Below, piece after piece: positions 62,236 through 64,000 of a stretch of 64,000 bases of DNA. Positions within the stretch are counted from its first letter, which is position 1. Each line of letters opens with the position of its first letter. The position numbers and the translations under genes are program-made. Source of the stretch: Haplodiscus bocki (lineage: Eukaryota); assembly GCA_965655095.1 (NCBI GenBank), contig OZ296658.1:53320001-53384000 (forward strand), written 5' to 3'. A model generated the notes under the pieces. That model made no database searches and was not told where the DNA came from. It saw only the letters and a list, made by a program, of their open reading frames with translations.

Positions 62236-64000
62236 TTACAAAAGAAGTGGCTTCGTGTGAATGCCATCATTGAGTACAATTCTTTTAGGCTAAAAGTATG
62301 ATAAGCCTCTTCTAGTTTGTTCGTACGTGCAGACTGAATGTTGGATAGTTCTGAAGCCTCGATTAGTTGACTGCACATTTATTTTCTCGTCCAGTACGCA
62401 CCTCTACTTTTCCAGAGGTCCAGTTCCAGATTCTTCCAACGTTCTTTTGTTGAGCCCCTTGCTACTGAACTTGATTTTGTCTGTGCTCTGATCGAAGCAG
62501 CAATAGGTTTTACTGCACAAACAGATCGTTTCAGTGCAACGAAATTCCTCCTCAAATAATCCAGGCTCTCGTCTATCATGTTTGATATGCTTGGAACAAC
62601 AAATGCGAGGGAAAAGTTTGTTGCTGTAATCTGCAGCAAAGGTATTGCTACAGTCATTCATTCTGATGTTCCAAACTTCTCTCATGTCCGGTTTGATGCA
62701 ATCTTCAAGCGAATCATGAGCCAGTGCTAGGTAGAGGGAGTCTGTATCCATTTCCATTTATTCGAAGGAGTTAAAACCACAAAACTTTTAGAAAAATTGT
62801 AATAAAATTCAAGCATTCGGAGTTTTGCATACTGTAGGATAAAAAATCCCACAATGATGGGTTCTTTGTGTTCTACATCTGCCTTCACTGATTCGATCTC
62901 GTACAAGTTATCAGTCAGATGGTTAAGTTTTTTGAAAAACTTGCTGTTGATAGCTTTGTGCGCTTTTCCATCATTCAGATACTTAGTTACAGTGTGTCGA
63001 CTTCTATCCATAATTTGATAACCGTAGGAGCTATTCGCTAACAGCTTCATAGTCTCAGCTGCTACACTCGAGTGTTGATTTTCATCACCTTTTCGCCGAG
63101 CATCCACTGCAGACTGAACAAAGCTATTAAAGCATTTCATTGGAGTATACTGAACAAAGCGATAAAATCGGTCACATTCTAATCCAAGATCCAAATAAAA
63201 ATTTAAAAGCGGTGTGATAATTGTACCGTTTATGAGATGAAAATTAGATATTAACATTCTCCGGGATTGAGTCATCAGTTTGTTTTCCTATGCCCATTTT
63301 TTCATGAAGTCGCCAACATCTGAGCGTGAAACGATTATATTTTTGAAAATGGGTGGAAAAGATTCGAATTTCTCTCAAGTTTTCTGGTACTCTAAGATCA
63401 CATTGTACGTAACCAAACAATTCTCCCTTCCGAATGCGAGAAAGTAGGTTCTCAAAGCTCAGAGGACGTTTGTAGGGAAATGTTGATCTGACAAAAGACT
63501 TTGTCTCATGATTCTCGCGCATGTGAAGCTTCCACTGACACTCCCACATCTCAATGATAGAGTAATTTTTTTCTCGCAAGTAAGATCGACATAATTCGTC
63601 CATTTCTATTTTCCTTTGTCCCTTCACAATGTCTGCATCTGTAAGACAAGGTTGCCCTTCCTGACATTCGCAAAAGTGATAGAAGCAACCCAAGCTTCAA
63701 AAATGTATTACAGTGACTGCAAAACCCATCAACGCTAAAGCAGTCAATCTTTCGCTGGGTTCCGGTTGTGTAACAGCTTTCAATATTACATTCCGGTCGC
63801 GAGTTCTGGAAGGAAGCCATAACCATGTTTTCAAACGATCTGGTTTTATTGGATCGAGGTTTGAAACGCTGCAAGTCGGCAATAAATTCCCAATGTGTAT
63901 AAAGTCCAGTCGGCATCGGCTGACACATGGCATAGGGATATAGCTGACTAGCATCGATACCTACTATCGATCTGCAAGTGTTTGAAGATGAACGAATACG
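62236..64000 (-). pseudogene. polB: Protein-primed family B DNA polymerase (pPolB), C-terminal polymerase part, frameshifted
   Basis: Motif A DASQLYPYAMCQPMPTG, motif B KLLANSSYG, ILQYAKLRML, motif C MDTDS, REPGLF, SKTYC, FSSKG, C-terminus IVLNDGIHTKPLLL* (stop 62236-62238); at least 4 frame breaks; 5' part lies beyond the window. Confidence 0.93.

Larger units (their letters stand above)
61064..64000 (-). mobile_element. Polinton/Maverick element (one end), inserted into array unit 9
   Basis: Array similarity stops at ...AACGCGTT and new sequence begins AGTAGT (Polinton-type AG/AGT-repeat terminus), followed by a GC-rich terminal segment, subterminal tandem repeats and a protein-primed PolB. 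Confidence 0.88.

Overview
AT-rich, intron-containing eukaryotic (metazoan, probably invertebrate) genomic DNA dominated by transposon debris. There are two spliced host genes on the + strand. The first is a divergent, very long (~1,160 codon) LIM-homeobox gene closest to the Lhx1/5 family (exons ~3459-16579). The second is ARL13B: five coding exons at 20076-25101 cover the G domain and the start of the coiled coil, and no further exon was found in the window. Downstream of the last visible ARL13B exon lies a stack of mobile DNA. It starts with a decayed CR1/L2-group LINE (~25.5-29.6 kb). Next is a ~30.7 kb head-to-tail array of nine ~3.5 kb units (30341-61063); each unit is ~190 bp of a host repeat + LTR + PBS + decayed gag + -1 frameshift site + protease and truncated pol of a Ty3/gypsy-type element. 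Last is a Polinton/Maverick inserted into the ninth unit, with an AGTAGT terminus at 61064, 28-bp palindromic subterminal repeats, and a frameshifted protein-primed PolB carrying a Vsr-like nuclease insert that runs off the window end. Introns also hold Tc1/mariner-type MITEs, a MULE transposase relic and a cluster of four tRNA-like Pol III heads. All calls are by eye; no alignments or searches were run.
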